Assembly: GCF_009834535.1 (NCBI RefSeq)
Contig: NC_045696.1
Location: 20,152,001-20,216,000, forward strand
DNA: 64,000 nucleotides
Direction: 5' to 3'
DNA from: Camelus ferus
Lineage: Eukaryota
In this document: in pieces, positions 52,301-64,000 of the stretch
Layout of the letters: the number at the start of each line of letters is the position of its first letter
Position numbering within the stretch: position 1 is the stretch's first letter
The notes under the pieces: model-generated
Seen by the model: the letters and a program-made list of their open reading frames with translations, nothing else
Told to the model about the DNA's origin: nothing
Database searches by the model: none
Made by a program: the position numbers and the translations under genes

Positions 52301-53450
52301 GTACTACAAGTGTTTATTCATATATGTTGCTCAATGTGCAGATTGTGAGCTGTTTGAGATTAAAAAAAAATAACAGAAAAAACACCACGTGTTATCCTTT
52401 TTTCTTTTCTGATTTCCCAGTGCTTAAAAGTTTCCTCATTCTATCTAGTATTTCTAAGGAGAATAAATGTCAAAATTATCTGTAGATTTTTATTTCCATT
52501 AGTATGCATTTTGTCAAAGTGAAACTTATTTTGAAGCATATGAGTGCTTAAGTGAGTTCCATTTTTGTGTTCAGTAAATACATTTGTCTCATATGACAGT
52601 ATTTACTGGAAATATTGTCTTCTTTTTCTGCCTGATTTTCAAGGTCCATATGGTTAAAAAAAGCATAATTTTCCAGTGAAAAGACAAGTATTTTAATGTA
52701 AATATGTGAACTTTAAAATATCTACATTAAATGGAAAGAGGTTATTCCCAAGAGGAGCAAAATAGTGTTCAATAAATATCAAATCCTTATTTAACAATGA
52801 CAATTTTGTACCTATTATATCCCAGACGCTATCCAGGTGCTGACAATATATTAGTGAATTAGACAAAGACCTTGATAGCACATAGATTATTTTTTTCATT
52901 GTGGAAGATAGAAAAAGGAAAAATAATCATAGAAATGTAGAGTGAATTTTCAAAATTCATCATCTGATAAATCTGATATGCAGTGAAAATATGTAACATT
53001 TTCACTTTGTTGATACCTTATATTGATCTTAAAAGCTACCACTGGATGATTAATGGGGAAACACACATATTTATTTCAGTGAACTAAATTTTTGATAATA
53101 CATTTTTTCTCCAGTGAGGACCTTTTGTTTTTCATAAAAAATATTACTGCACTATATTCTTCAAAGGTAGAAAAATGACATCAATGCCCTCAAGATACCA
53201 TGTGGTTTTAATAGTAATTTTCTTCCCTTTTAAAATGAAATATATAATAGATAATATGTAACTGATTTCTTGTGAAAAGTAGCATTTTTGTGTTAAATTT
53301 TTTTGTCTTTATTTCAACAAAACATAAAGCCAATTTAAATCTATGCTATTTTTGCAACAAGCCAAACCAGGTTTATCATAATTAAAGATGATAAAATCAA
53401 GTGTTAAATGGTGGTGTTGATAAATACAGTCACTTAGCTGATAAATAATA

Positions 53451-53866
53451 TGTATTCACTTGCTAAGGCTGCCATAATAATACCTCAGATTGGGTGGCTT
53501 AAAAAACAAAAATTAATTTTCCTTCTGTGCTGCAGCCTGAGTGTCCAAGACCAAGGTGTTGGCAAGTCTGATTTCTTTTGAGCCCCCCTCCTTGGCTTTC
53601 AGACAGCTATATTCTCACTGAGTCCTAATCACACGGCCTTTCCTCCATGTTCATGGATCCCTGGTGTTTGTTTTGCGTGTTCAAATTTCCTCTTAAAAGG
53701 ACACCAGCCAGACTGGATTAGGGTCCACCCTAACAGCCTCATTTTAACATAATTCTCTTTAAAGGCCTTATCTCCAAATACAGTCACACTCTGAGGTACT
53801 GGGGGTTGGAGGCTTAGGGCTTCAACACGTGAACTGGGGGCAAGGAGACATAATTCACACATAACA
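53451..53866 (-). mobile_element. MaLR LTR (MLT1A/B-like)
   Basis: 'tgtatt..ttgctaaggctgccataa...tgggtggcttaaa...ggattagggtccacccta...tctccaaatacagtcaca.tctgaggtactggggg...cataaca'. Confidence 0.88.
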
Positions 53867-55307
53867 CAGTGATAAAAATTTGCCATAATAAGACAAGTTC
53901 TGATTTAGATATAACAGAAAGGTATATTTTTAAAAAATTATACTATATCCTAAAACTTAATGAGGTCAAACCGATTGCATTTTATATTCAGTTGCTCTGA
54001 TATGTTGCACGTCTATGTTGATCTAATGACAAACTAAGACTGGCTGAATGTGCAAATAAACTTTTCCATTATCTATCTTTCTTCTGGAAAAAAAAAAAAA
54101 AAACATTACTCAGTTTAGAAAAGAGAGCAGCACTGTTCCAGAGGGACTGGGGCAACTTATTTTCTCATCCTCTTCTCTCCTCTTTCAGCCCCTGTAATGT
54201 CATTATAGGTAAGTGTTTGGCTCCAGGACTGCAATATGCTGCTCTGTCATGTCCTAGGTTAGGAACTTTGGACAAAATTTTCACTTATTTTTGGAAATCT
54301 TTTGTCTTTTCTGAGCTGAGACTGTTTACGTGGATGGATGGAATCCATTTCAGAGTTGACTTCGTTTGTAGAGTTCTACGAAACGTCATCTACATGTTGG
54401 ATAAGGGTAGAATTAGAGGGACATTTAAAATCCCTTCTACAAACTCTGCTTGAGAACAGCACTCTGGGATTTTCTGACTCGGAGGATAGGAATGTTACAA
54501 GGATTGATGCAAAGTATGCATCTACCATTGTATAAGCTTTCCACTATTGGATTTTGTCCTTTTCTAGCTTCCAGTTTAAAGGATTATTTTGCGAGTCTGA
54601 ATAGAGTTTTCGATGGGGCAATCTGAAGCAAAACGTGTCCAGGCCTAATACTCCTCCCTGTGTTCCTAGAATGTTTTGCCCTCAAGAAGCCCCAGCCAAC
54701 TTGATATCTAACTTGATCTTGATTTAGATACAAGAGTAAGGTAGTCTCATTCCAAATTAGCTTTGATCTATTATGGAGAAAGACTTCAAGGTATCTTCAG
54801 AAGAGTACTATTTTGGTGATGCTATTTGTACAACAGATCCCTTCTTTTTATGTTAGTAGGTGTAGCTTCACAGAAGAAGAAAGAATATTCCTGTTAAAAA
54901 AGGTGAAGGGACTGACAATCTTGGGAAGTAAAAGTGCCATTTCATGTTATCTGCTGGAGGATCGAACAGTTTTATGTTTATTCAAATGGTAGTGTTCTCT
55001 GGAAGTTTGGGGAATGAACAATTAAGTTACTGGCAACTGCCGCAAACGTAAATGTACAATGATAGAGAAAAAGAAGTAGTAAAGTTCTGTTTAGACTAAA
55101 AAATCAGTTAGATATAGATGGTTTTAGTTCTCAGGTTTCACCAGTAGGAAAGAAGGTGGGCTATATATATTTGCACATCTGAAGATTTAGGAAGGAATCA
55201 TTTAGCCAAAACATAAAAGAAATCAGATTCCTTGAGAAGAAAACTCATCACTGAACTTGCTGAAGTCCTTAGGGCGTTTTCAAACATGCAAAATTGTGCT
55301 TTGGTTT

Positions 55308-55783
55308 TGTGTTAGTGGCTAGGGCCGCCATCACTAAGTACCTCAAACTGGGTGACTCAACAGAGATGTATTTTCTCATAGTTTTGGAGGCTAGCAGTCT
55401 GAAATCAAGGTGTCAGCAGGGGGTCCCTCTGAGACTCTGGATAGACCTACTTCTCCTGACTTACTCCTTACTTCTTCTTGCTCTGGTAGTAGCCTGCAAT
55501 CCTTGGAGTTTCTTGTCTCATAGCTGCATCACTCCAATATGTACCTTTGTCATAACATGGCTTTCCTCTTGTTTCTACTCATATCTTCTTCCTTCTGTTG
55601 TCTGTTTCTGGTTTCCTCTTTTTATAAGGACACCAGTCATATTGCATTAGAGTCCACCCTAGTGACCTCATTTAAACTTGATTACATTTACAATGACCCT
55701 ATTTCCGAGTAAGGCTATATTCGCAGGTGCCAGAAGTTAGGACTTCAACACATTTTTCGTGTGTGTACTATTCAACTCATAAG
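55308..55783 (-). mobile_element. MaLR LTR (MLT1C-like)
   Basis: 'ctagggccgccatcactaagtacctcaaactgggtgact...tataaggacaccagtcatattg...gttaggacttcaaca'. Confidence 0.85.
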
Positions 55784-55862
55784 GTTTAAAGAGATTTCTG
55801 GTACCTAAGAGACAAAAAAATGAACCTCACGACCAACCAAGATTGGGAGTTAAGTATCATAC

Positions 55863-56200
55863 TGTCTTAGTTTCATAATGTAAAATGGCTCAAAAACTCC
55901 AAGGTTATTTCTCATATGAGCAGAGTAGTGGTGAGTGACAGTGGTGGGAGGAAGGGAAGTCGATGGACGTGCTTCACAAGTTACTGGGGACACTGCCAAT
56001 GCTGGTAAACAAGTAAAAGCACAGAAGGCTGTGTGTGGAAATTTTCATAAGTATTATCAGGTGTCACTTCTATTAACATTTTATTTACTCGAATCCAGTT
56101 ATATAGCCACATCCAGACTTAAGGTAGGAGAAAAATACATCTAGGTATGTGCTCAGGAAAAATATTAGAAGTGTTTGGTGAGTAGCTGGCATCTTGCTAC
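55863..56200 (-). mobile_element. Old MaLR LTR (MLT1K/L-like)
   Basis: 'tcacttctattaacattttattt...cagttatatagccaca...tttggtgagtagctggcatcttgctaca'. Confidence 0.5.
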
Positions 56201-56569
56201 AGAAGTTACGATGTGTGCGCTACTGCCCACTCAGAACTACAAGTGATGCAATAAACTTTTCTTGGAAAATAGGGAAGGTCTGCGAAAAACTGTATCCTTG
56301 AGCAGGTCTACATATTAATTTGAAGCTGACATTCACAGTTTGGATGACACAAGAAACCATTAAGCAATCAAGTTAATTTTAAATGATTCTTAAGACGTGG
56401 AGTACACTAGGTCCCCGGTAGCTGAAATACACATCATCTCCGTGGGACGCCATCATTATCGTATCAAACAGCTTCCACAAATAACTTGCTAAATCAAGTG
56501 AAGACTTCATGATTAAAAATTAATCATTTCACACAAGAAAAGTCACCAGCAGAAAGAGCAGAAAGCCAT

Positions 56570-56865
56570 ACTGGCCTATCTTGGTTCTGGGAACTTGTTA
56601 AAATGTAAATTCCCAGGCAACACTCAGAGCTACTCAGTCAGGATATGTGTTTTTATCAAGACTCCCAGGTGGTACTTAGGACCATTAAAATTTGAGAAGA
56701 ATCCCTCTGGCATCGGAGCTGCACATTGATCACTTGAGGGGAGCTGATTCCTGAGTTTCACCCCTGAAATTCTGATTTAATTGGACTTACTTATGACCTG
56801 AAGTTTGGGATTTTGAAAGACTCCCCAGGTGCCTCTGACGTGCAGGGAAAGTTGAGAATCTCCCC
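56570..56865. mobile_element. Two adjacent MER5-like elements (~56570-56700 and ~56710-56865)
   Basis: 'gggaacttgttaaaatgtaaattcccagg...ctcccaggtg' and 'aattctgatttaattgg...ctccccaggtgcctctga.gtgcag..aaagttgagaa'. Confidence 0.7.
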
Positions 56866-59069
56866 TCCTGGAGAAGCTGTTTCATTTCTCCTCAGATCCT
56901 CATGCCGTCTAGCAGAACTGCTTGCACTTGTAGGTTCTCCATAAACGCTGATTCACGTAGGGCTTATTTTCCTTAGTGAGGCTGGAAGTTTCTACCTCTT
57001 TTAAAAAACAGAATTATTCTTATCTTCAACATGCATAACCGGGTGTTCCCTGCAGCTATAGCTTAAAATTTAAAGAAGATATTCAAGGTAAGTATCTTTC
57101 AAATGGTTGTTTTAACAATGGCTCAAGTTTCATAGACTTGATTCAGATAGGGACAAATTTCTTCTCTAAAAGAGAAGAACTTATTAATAATGGTATCCGA
57201 ATTTTAAAAACTTTACCATTTACTATTTACACTATAAAATAAATCCCCAAGGATTTATGCCAAGTCTACACTTTAGATAAACAGGCCATTTTAAACAATC
57301 ATTTGTGTATGTGCAAATGCACACAGACACATGCATCTACTCCTCCAAGGCTAAAGTTTAAAAATTTTCTAAGTTAAATCACTGTTTTTACAGATCCAAC
57401 TCTTCCCAGATGGCTGTGTTTTCACTCCATAAACACTGCAATGTTCCGTACTGTTGAATGATTATGAGTTGATTTCATTTCCCCAAACTCAAGAGATCCT
57501 GATGTTCTAGAAAAGATGCATCAAAAGAGAAAGAGAAGAAGTCATTGTAAAATATAATACGTAGTAATAAACCTACCCCAAAGATACATATAGGAAACAA
57601 GATACCATTTGAATTTTTCTCAAATATAAGTCACCATATAGGACAACAGTTCTTTTACCCCTGCTCTTGTAAGATACTATTCTAAGCAACAAGTGTAGAA
57701 TACCTTATTCTGTACTTTGTCTAATTTCAATGACATAACTTGTATAATTTTAAGTAAGTGGAAAATAATTTGGGGGAAATAACTGAAAAAAAAATAAAGA
57801 GAAGCATTTGTCTTGTTAAGGTTTACTCTTTGCACTGAGTTACTTTGGGTTTTTCCAATGTTTTCTACATAGCATTATAATGTATTATAATCTTCATTTC
57901 AGTGTTAGTGCTGCTTATTTGTTATATTAAAGTTAATTCTTTCCCTCATGATCTATCTCTTTAAAGGGCTTCCTATTCCATGCTAAACAAATTGTTGTTT
58001 CAATAGAACACATTCAATTATCAAGAATGCTATAATCATTTCTAAGAACAAAATCTACCCTCTTGGGACATGAGGTTAGTTTGGGGATTTGGCCACCTAA
58101 AGCTTGCCCAGGCAGTTTGTGAGCATTTGCCCTTAGGCTGCATTTCTGTACTTGTTTTGCTTGTAAACAAGGGACTTCTGTCTTCAAGGCAGTCCATCTG
58201 CCTGTTGTCTGCAGGCGGAAATTGCTTTGCACATTCTGGATGTGCAATGAGCCAGGCTTCCCAGTGAGAGACAAGAGCAAGCACTTTACGAAGCTGCATT
58301 AACTCATTCAGCCACAGAGGTGTCCCATGAGCCAGTTCTATGGTTTCTCACTGGACAGACATCACTAGATAGTTTGAAGGAGTTGAAAGCGAAGTTGACA
58401 GGTTCAGTTTCCCTGAGAGGTTACAACTCAATAATGTGAGGCTCGATGGTGTGTTCTAATCTGCATAAACCATTGTGAAAGTCAGTTATCTTGTCTGGAA
58501 TTTACAAAAGAAAATTTAACTCCTTCTACAAGAACATATATAGAGTTTATTAGGCCTGAAAATGTCAGTTTCTACATTCTCTCTTGGTTTTTACTCAATG
58601 CTCTGTATTTATGTATGAATATTTGTCTTTTAAAATATTTTTATAATTGTTTCATATTTTATCAATTTATCTACAGCAACTTTAGCTAATAGAAGGAGCA
58701 GTAGTTATGAAACTAAAACATGTCAGTTTTAAGGCTACACTTGTAATGTCCTTGATTATCTTTGCTGTTTCTGATATTTTTAAAGGCAAATAATAAGATG
58801 TTTTGTATTCTTTCTTTTAAAAATAAGTGGCTTAGGCAACTGTAAGTGGTCCATGTGTGAGGATGTGTGTGTGGTGTGTGTGTGCACGCACCCACATGTA
58901 TGTGGCAGACAGAGGGAGGGACGGGGAGAGACAGAGATAATGAAAACTGTTACAAGAAATTTTTCAGTCGGTTTTATCCAGGTATGTTTTCTCTACAGTG
59001 TGACCCAAGCTTTTAAGTTGCTCTGTTCTCCAGGTCCACATTGGAGAAACTGGTCCATCAAGAATGACC

Positions 59070-59580
59070 AGAATTTACTGAGCTTACAATCCTTTAATGA
59101 CTATTCTCTATAACATTTATAACAATTTGCAAATCAGCTTTGCACACAAGTTATTTCATGATCTACCTATTGCTTACCTCCCCAATCCTATTTTGAATAT
59201 CTCCCCTATATATAGTATTTGCTTTAGGTTTATGAAACTCATTGTAATAATCCAAAGGGGACATACTGTTTCCAGGCTATTCTAAACAAAGAATACGATA
59301 AGGATGATTCCTATTCGCTGTTTAAAAATTACTTCAAGAGATACTGCCTCTGGAAAACAATTCTACAAATTTCAGTACAAGGTAGACAGCTGCCTTTATG
59401 CCCACACATCCAAACTTACGCAAAACTATCAGACAAGAAATTACACTATTTTAGTTTCACTGATTTACTCTCCAGATAGACTATAAGATTCTTATCAGTA
59501 GGAAACATATTTGAATCTGTTTCCCAATAACTGGCATTGAAGCTGGCACGTGGCAAAAGCTCAATAAATATTTGTTAACT
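59070..59580 (+). mobile_element. L2 3' fragment
   Basis: Ends 'tagactataagattctt...ctggcacgtggcaaaagctcaataaatatttgttaa'. Confidence 0.65.
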
Positions 59581-61157
59581 TCGGGCAGGTGATTTTTTTG
59601 CAGTATTTGTTGTCAAACAAAGTGAGCCTCCAGTATCATAACCTTTGTGAAGGAGGCTCATTTGTATTCGTTTTAATCAGGAGAAAAGTGTTGAGTTCCA
59701 ACATTAATTGTTTCATGTGTGGATTGATAAGAAGATTGCTTTTACGAGTATATTTGTGATCAACGTCAGTAACAAGGCACAGTGTGCCTGTTTTGAAACA
59801 GCTACGTTTTGAAAGCTGTGACTTTCTTGGAATGTCCTTTCAGAGTTTTAATACTAGGACTCAAATTTAATAGCATGTTTTTGCTGATTAAAAGATACCC
59901 TAGAATTCTATTTTAACCGTGACAGTCTCAATAGACCCTTCTCTCTTCCCCTAAAAATTAAACCTTTCAAAAATTTTCCACCAAACATGTAGTATAATTG
60001 TATCCTATTCATTGTTTTGTAATGCCTTCTATTAAAATCACCCACTTCCTTTCCTGACAACCAGTTTTCTTACAGAGACTGGCTAGCTAATCTTGTAGCA
60101 AGAGAAAAAAAAAGTGTTTTATTTAAATTTACATTAAAATGAATTTTAAGGCAATTCAGAATGTTGGCTTTTGGCAGGATTTTACTTATTGTGAAGAGAA
60201 GAAGAATAGGATCTGCCTATCAAAATGATGAAACGGAGCACACATCTGCCAAGCACACTATGCGTGTTGCTGAAATGTATTATTAACCTTGAACACAATA
60301 TGTTTGTCAAATAAAAGAAATCCCATTAAGACTGCCAATTTTAATATCAGTGACATAGCTCTATTCAAAAAACTACAAGGTTTTTATAAATCATGAAAAT
60401 TCAAGGTAGATGTATTTTTTTTTTTTTTTGGCAAATCTAGTGACTTTTATCTACACATGAAAACATGATGTGAACTATGGAAATTTTCTTATTAGTGGCT
60501 TTTGTCTAATAGGAAAAAAAAAGTCCAACAGTCACCCTTAAATAAAAGCAGTTATTTTTTAGCAATCTTTTAAAACTTCAAACATACTGTTGAAAAATGA
60601 TTTGTTTAAATATTTTGAAATTCCAAGGAATCAAAACATTGTTAGTTTGCTCACAACTCAATATCACAGACATCACAGACCACCTTATATCACGAAAGCA
60701 TTCAGAGCTTTATTGTTGCAGAGGCTTATGAAGAGGGATGCACAGAAAGAGATGGGGTCAGCTGTACTATCAACCAGTGTATGTGGCAACAATAGTGCAA
60801 ATTCTGGTGTTATCCTGCACTTCTCCTTGAAAATGTCAGGTATACTACAAGTATTTGTTTTGGTTGCTATCATAAACCTTTCCTAGTCTGCTCTGTAGTC
60901 TGCTTCTTTTTGTCTTCTGGATGTTTACTCTATAATGAATAGCTACATTTTCTGTTTTTGTTTTTCCATTCAGCATTTTTCCCTATAGATAATTCCGTGT
61001 TTGTGATTATTGTTGGAATCTTTAAAAGCTAATACATTTCCATATAGGATATATTCAATTTTATTTTCATTCTTAAAGTAACATGGACAGTATTGGAATA
61101 TTGCAGTGATTAAGCAAGAAACACCCATGGTGCAGGGATGTGGGGAGTGCATGCTTC

Positions 61158-61578
61158 TGTAGGAGGAAGTCATCAAGAAGTTGTGACCACCAGTTGACCC
61201 TCTAGCTGGACCTGGGCAATTGGAGGTTCTCCACCCTCTGCTCTGTCCTTGGAATGTACAATCTTCTTGTCTTGCCTGTTCCCAGAAGCTGCTACAGGGA
61301 TGCAACCTTGAAATAGAAATGTGGTGTTGAGATGATTATGTGAACTGGGTATGTGACTAAACCCAGCAAACGCCCTTATATAAATTTTTAAGATTCTGGC
61401 AGGCAGGTGCAAAAATCTCTTCAACTTGTGGCCACTCCAGTCAAGCCTCTTAACTAAATTCCCTTGCTTGCTAAACCTTCCACCTACCAATCTGGAGTGG
61501 TCTGCCTATTTTTCATCTCTCCCTGCCCTCTGCTTAGTAGGGCTGGTTTCAGATCATACCCAGAAACCTCCCCAGGCA
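61158..61578 (+). mobile_element. ERV1-type solo LTR
   Basis: GC-elevated block with TATATAAA (~61377) and an LTR-like 3' part ('aaattcccttgcttgctaaac...aatctggagtggtctgcc...ccccaggca'); GTAG occurs at both 61159 and 61579. Confidence 0.7.
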
Positions 61579-64000
61579 GTAGTGAAGCAACAGCATCTCA
61601 AATGCAAGTGGGCCACGTTTTATATTCCCAGAAGTGAAGAGCCTGAACTCAGAAAGCAGGGCCTATGATCAGATCTCAAAGGAAAGCATCCCGTTTACTA
61701 TTGTTCATGATAAAGCCTTCGAGTGTTGACTCAGATACGGAATCAATATGTGGTAGTGAGGTAAACTAGGAAGGAATTAAAAAGGAATTACAAAATTAGT
61801 GAGTGGTGAAAAGTTAGCTCAGGCATTTACATGTTAAAACTAGATCTGTGACCCTGCATTGCACTCTTTCCTTGAACCTAAGGTCAGTAAACCTTAGGAA
61901 ATTTTCAAAGTCAGATTTGTGACTGTTTTACTGTAACTATATGTATCTTAAGTTGAGTATAACACCTAATGGAGTGACAGACACTGTCTCATATTATGTA
62001 TTGATCATCTATTAACAAACACCTCTCTGTCCAAGGTTTTTAGGGTGTAATATGTAAAACAAAAGAAACACAATGAACTCTAAACTGTGACCCCGTCTGG
62101 TGAACACACAGATCAGCAAGCAGGCTAGTGTGGTCAGAGCAAAATGAACAAGGAGGCTAAAGGAGCAGGCTGTCCTAAGGGACCCAAAGTGTCCACACCC
62201 CCTCAGTTTTAGCATTCTAGTTGCTCCAGTCTTAGGTTAACAACAGCCACAACCACATTATATTCTGATCTACTACATTCTATATTCATGCTGTATCTGC
62301 TTTATTATTTCATCATTTTTTGTTGGGGATATGGGCGGAGGCCTTCTGGGAGAAGAACTGTGGATATGCCAAGCCACAGCTAAAATCCTGTTCATGGTTA
62401 TGCATGTGCCCCAATCTGATGGTGTTTAGATAAGGAGCATTTTGTTTCTTGTAATTTTGGTTCCACTTTCAAGTTCAGAAGTGTCTGTTTTAGAATCAGA
62501 TATCCTTGCTTTTGCCTCCACTCTCCAAATATTGTTCTCCCTTTAAAAAATGCAAATATTGAACATCATACTTGTAATTGTAAATGCAATATATCAGAGT
62601 GCAGAACTAAACATTATTCAAGAATAGAAACAGAAGTGTCTGGTTTTGATCAGCTATGGAAGTAAAAATGAGGAGAGGTACAAAATAGAGAAGGGCAGAG
62701 CGAGAAAGAGAGATTTTTCTCTAACTGGAATGCAGAGAGGTAGAATATTTCAAGAACTTTGAAGACATGATAATCTATTCTGAAAGCTCTTAACTGTTTT
62801 AGGCTTCTTAACACAGAGTTGGGATCTCTGTCTTCTTTAGCAACTTAGAACATTTCTCCCTAGTGTTTTTCATATCACAGCTCACTGAGAAAATAACAGT
62901 GTGTTAGACAAATGGAAGAGGCAAACTCTAGTAAAAGCAATAATTCCATGAACCCTGAAAGCCCCAAGCCCCACTGACCACTGTAAGAGTTGAGAGAATC
63001 AATAGCACAACATTACTGTTGGAGTCACGTCTTTTGAATGTTACAGTGCTTGAGAGGTTCTAGGTTGGAGATGAGTAAGGTTTGAAATCAGATTTGTATT
63101 TTTCTTTCATACTTTCTAAATTTGATGATTTCGCCAATCACCTTCATATTCAAATATTTGATTTTCATCTGCCATCAATAACTAAAATATTTTATATGCT
63201 TGACCAAATCCTACTGGGCTAAAGTCTGATTCTCCCACACTTGCTCTAGTCATTCTAACCCTTTATTTATCTTTTTTTTTTTTTTTCCCCGACTTGTTAC
63301 ATTGAAGGAAAAAACAAAACAGTGATCTCTGCCCTAGCACTGAACTTCTGGCTCATGTTGTGTTACCAACATGCAGGTAAAAAATCTTTTATATATTAAG
63401 ATTCTTTACCTAGGGTTCATAATATAACTTTTTAATTTAATTTTCTTATACAGTGAATATTGATCTACTAAAAATTCAGTACACATTCGAGATGTTAAAA
63501 ATAGATTTTCATTAAAAATGATGAAATGACATCACTGTGTGTGATTACTTTCCAAAATGTGTTTAAAACACATTCACAATTGAAACAAAATTGCATTTCC
63601 AAGGGAACACCACATTATACTTTTAAGATATATGTAGGTAATATAATATGTAATAACAAAGATCTTTTATTAATTCAGTTCCAACACTTTTTGAATAGTT
63701 AGATATATCTGCATTATATCAAATTCCACTAAATTAATAACATATAGTCAATTCCTTTTATTCATGCATACTTTAATGTAGCAAAGTAAAAGCATTGGCA
63801 TATTTCAATTCAAACATAAGCATTGAAAGTATGTAAGTGATTTACTAAAACTCATCACAGCATAGTTAGCTTATATAAAGAATATTTATTTACCAAGCCA
63901 GAATGGCCTTTCTGGCAAAAGGCTAATCCACTGGTTAGGAAATATTCAGAATGGAAGTCCAGAAAGAAGAAGTTGTGGAAGACAGCTGATTATAACCTTA

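Noticed and set aside
54217..54700. Possible processed pseudogene (balanced composition, overlapping ORFs)
   Set aside because: No recognisable protein similarity, poly(A) tail or TSD
55294..55650. 118-aa hydrophobic ORF, the longest in the window
   Set aside because: Almost entirely inside an antisense MLT1 LTR; the hydrophobicity reflects T-rich sequence
946..61578. Inferring a host-gene strand from repeat orientation bias
   Set aside because: ERV1-type LTRs are mostly on + while L1s and SINEs are mostly on -, so the signals conflict and the numbers are small
60590..61668. Several 80-111 aa ORFs
   Set aside because: No recognisable homology, mostly non-ATG starts, and most overlap the LTR at 61158-61578
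1..64000. CRISPR arrays, operons, CpG-island promoter or an intact retroviral internal region
   Set aside because: This is mammalian repeat-rich DNA with no regularly spaced repeats, no CpG island, and no gag/pol/env or primer-binding site seen next to the LTRs

Overview
This is AT-rich, CpG-depleted mammalian non-coding DNA. I found no recognisable protein-coding exon, RNA gene or CpG island, and the ORF track consists of short chance ORFs or decayed repeats. Three tRNA-Ala-derived SINEs with target-site duplications look like the camelid Vic-1 SINE, so the source is probably alpaca, llama or camel (inference). The window is dominated by transposon relics: about 8 ERV1-type solo LTRs, several MaLR (MLT1) LTRs, many L1 fragments, L2, MIR, hAT (MER3/MER5) and Tigger-type DNA elements, and microsatellites. 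Repeat family names come from recalled consensus motifs, not a database search, and most boundaries are approximate. I found no evidence of a novel gene system. The most interesting structures are: (1) a 38-bp locally templated insertion inside an L1, with microhomology at both ends; (2) two inverted L1 pieces sharing the same internal deletion junction; (3) an ancient ~400-bp direct duplication that keeps an identical 18-bp palindromic core; (4) a second old direct duplication; (5) a 29-bp-arm hairpin around a microsatellite; (6) a twin-primed mini-L1; and (7) three exon-like units on the + strand.
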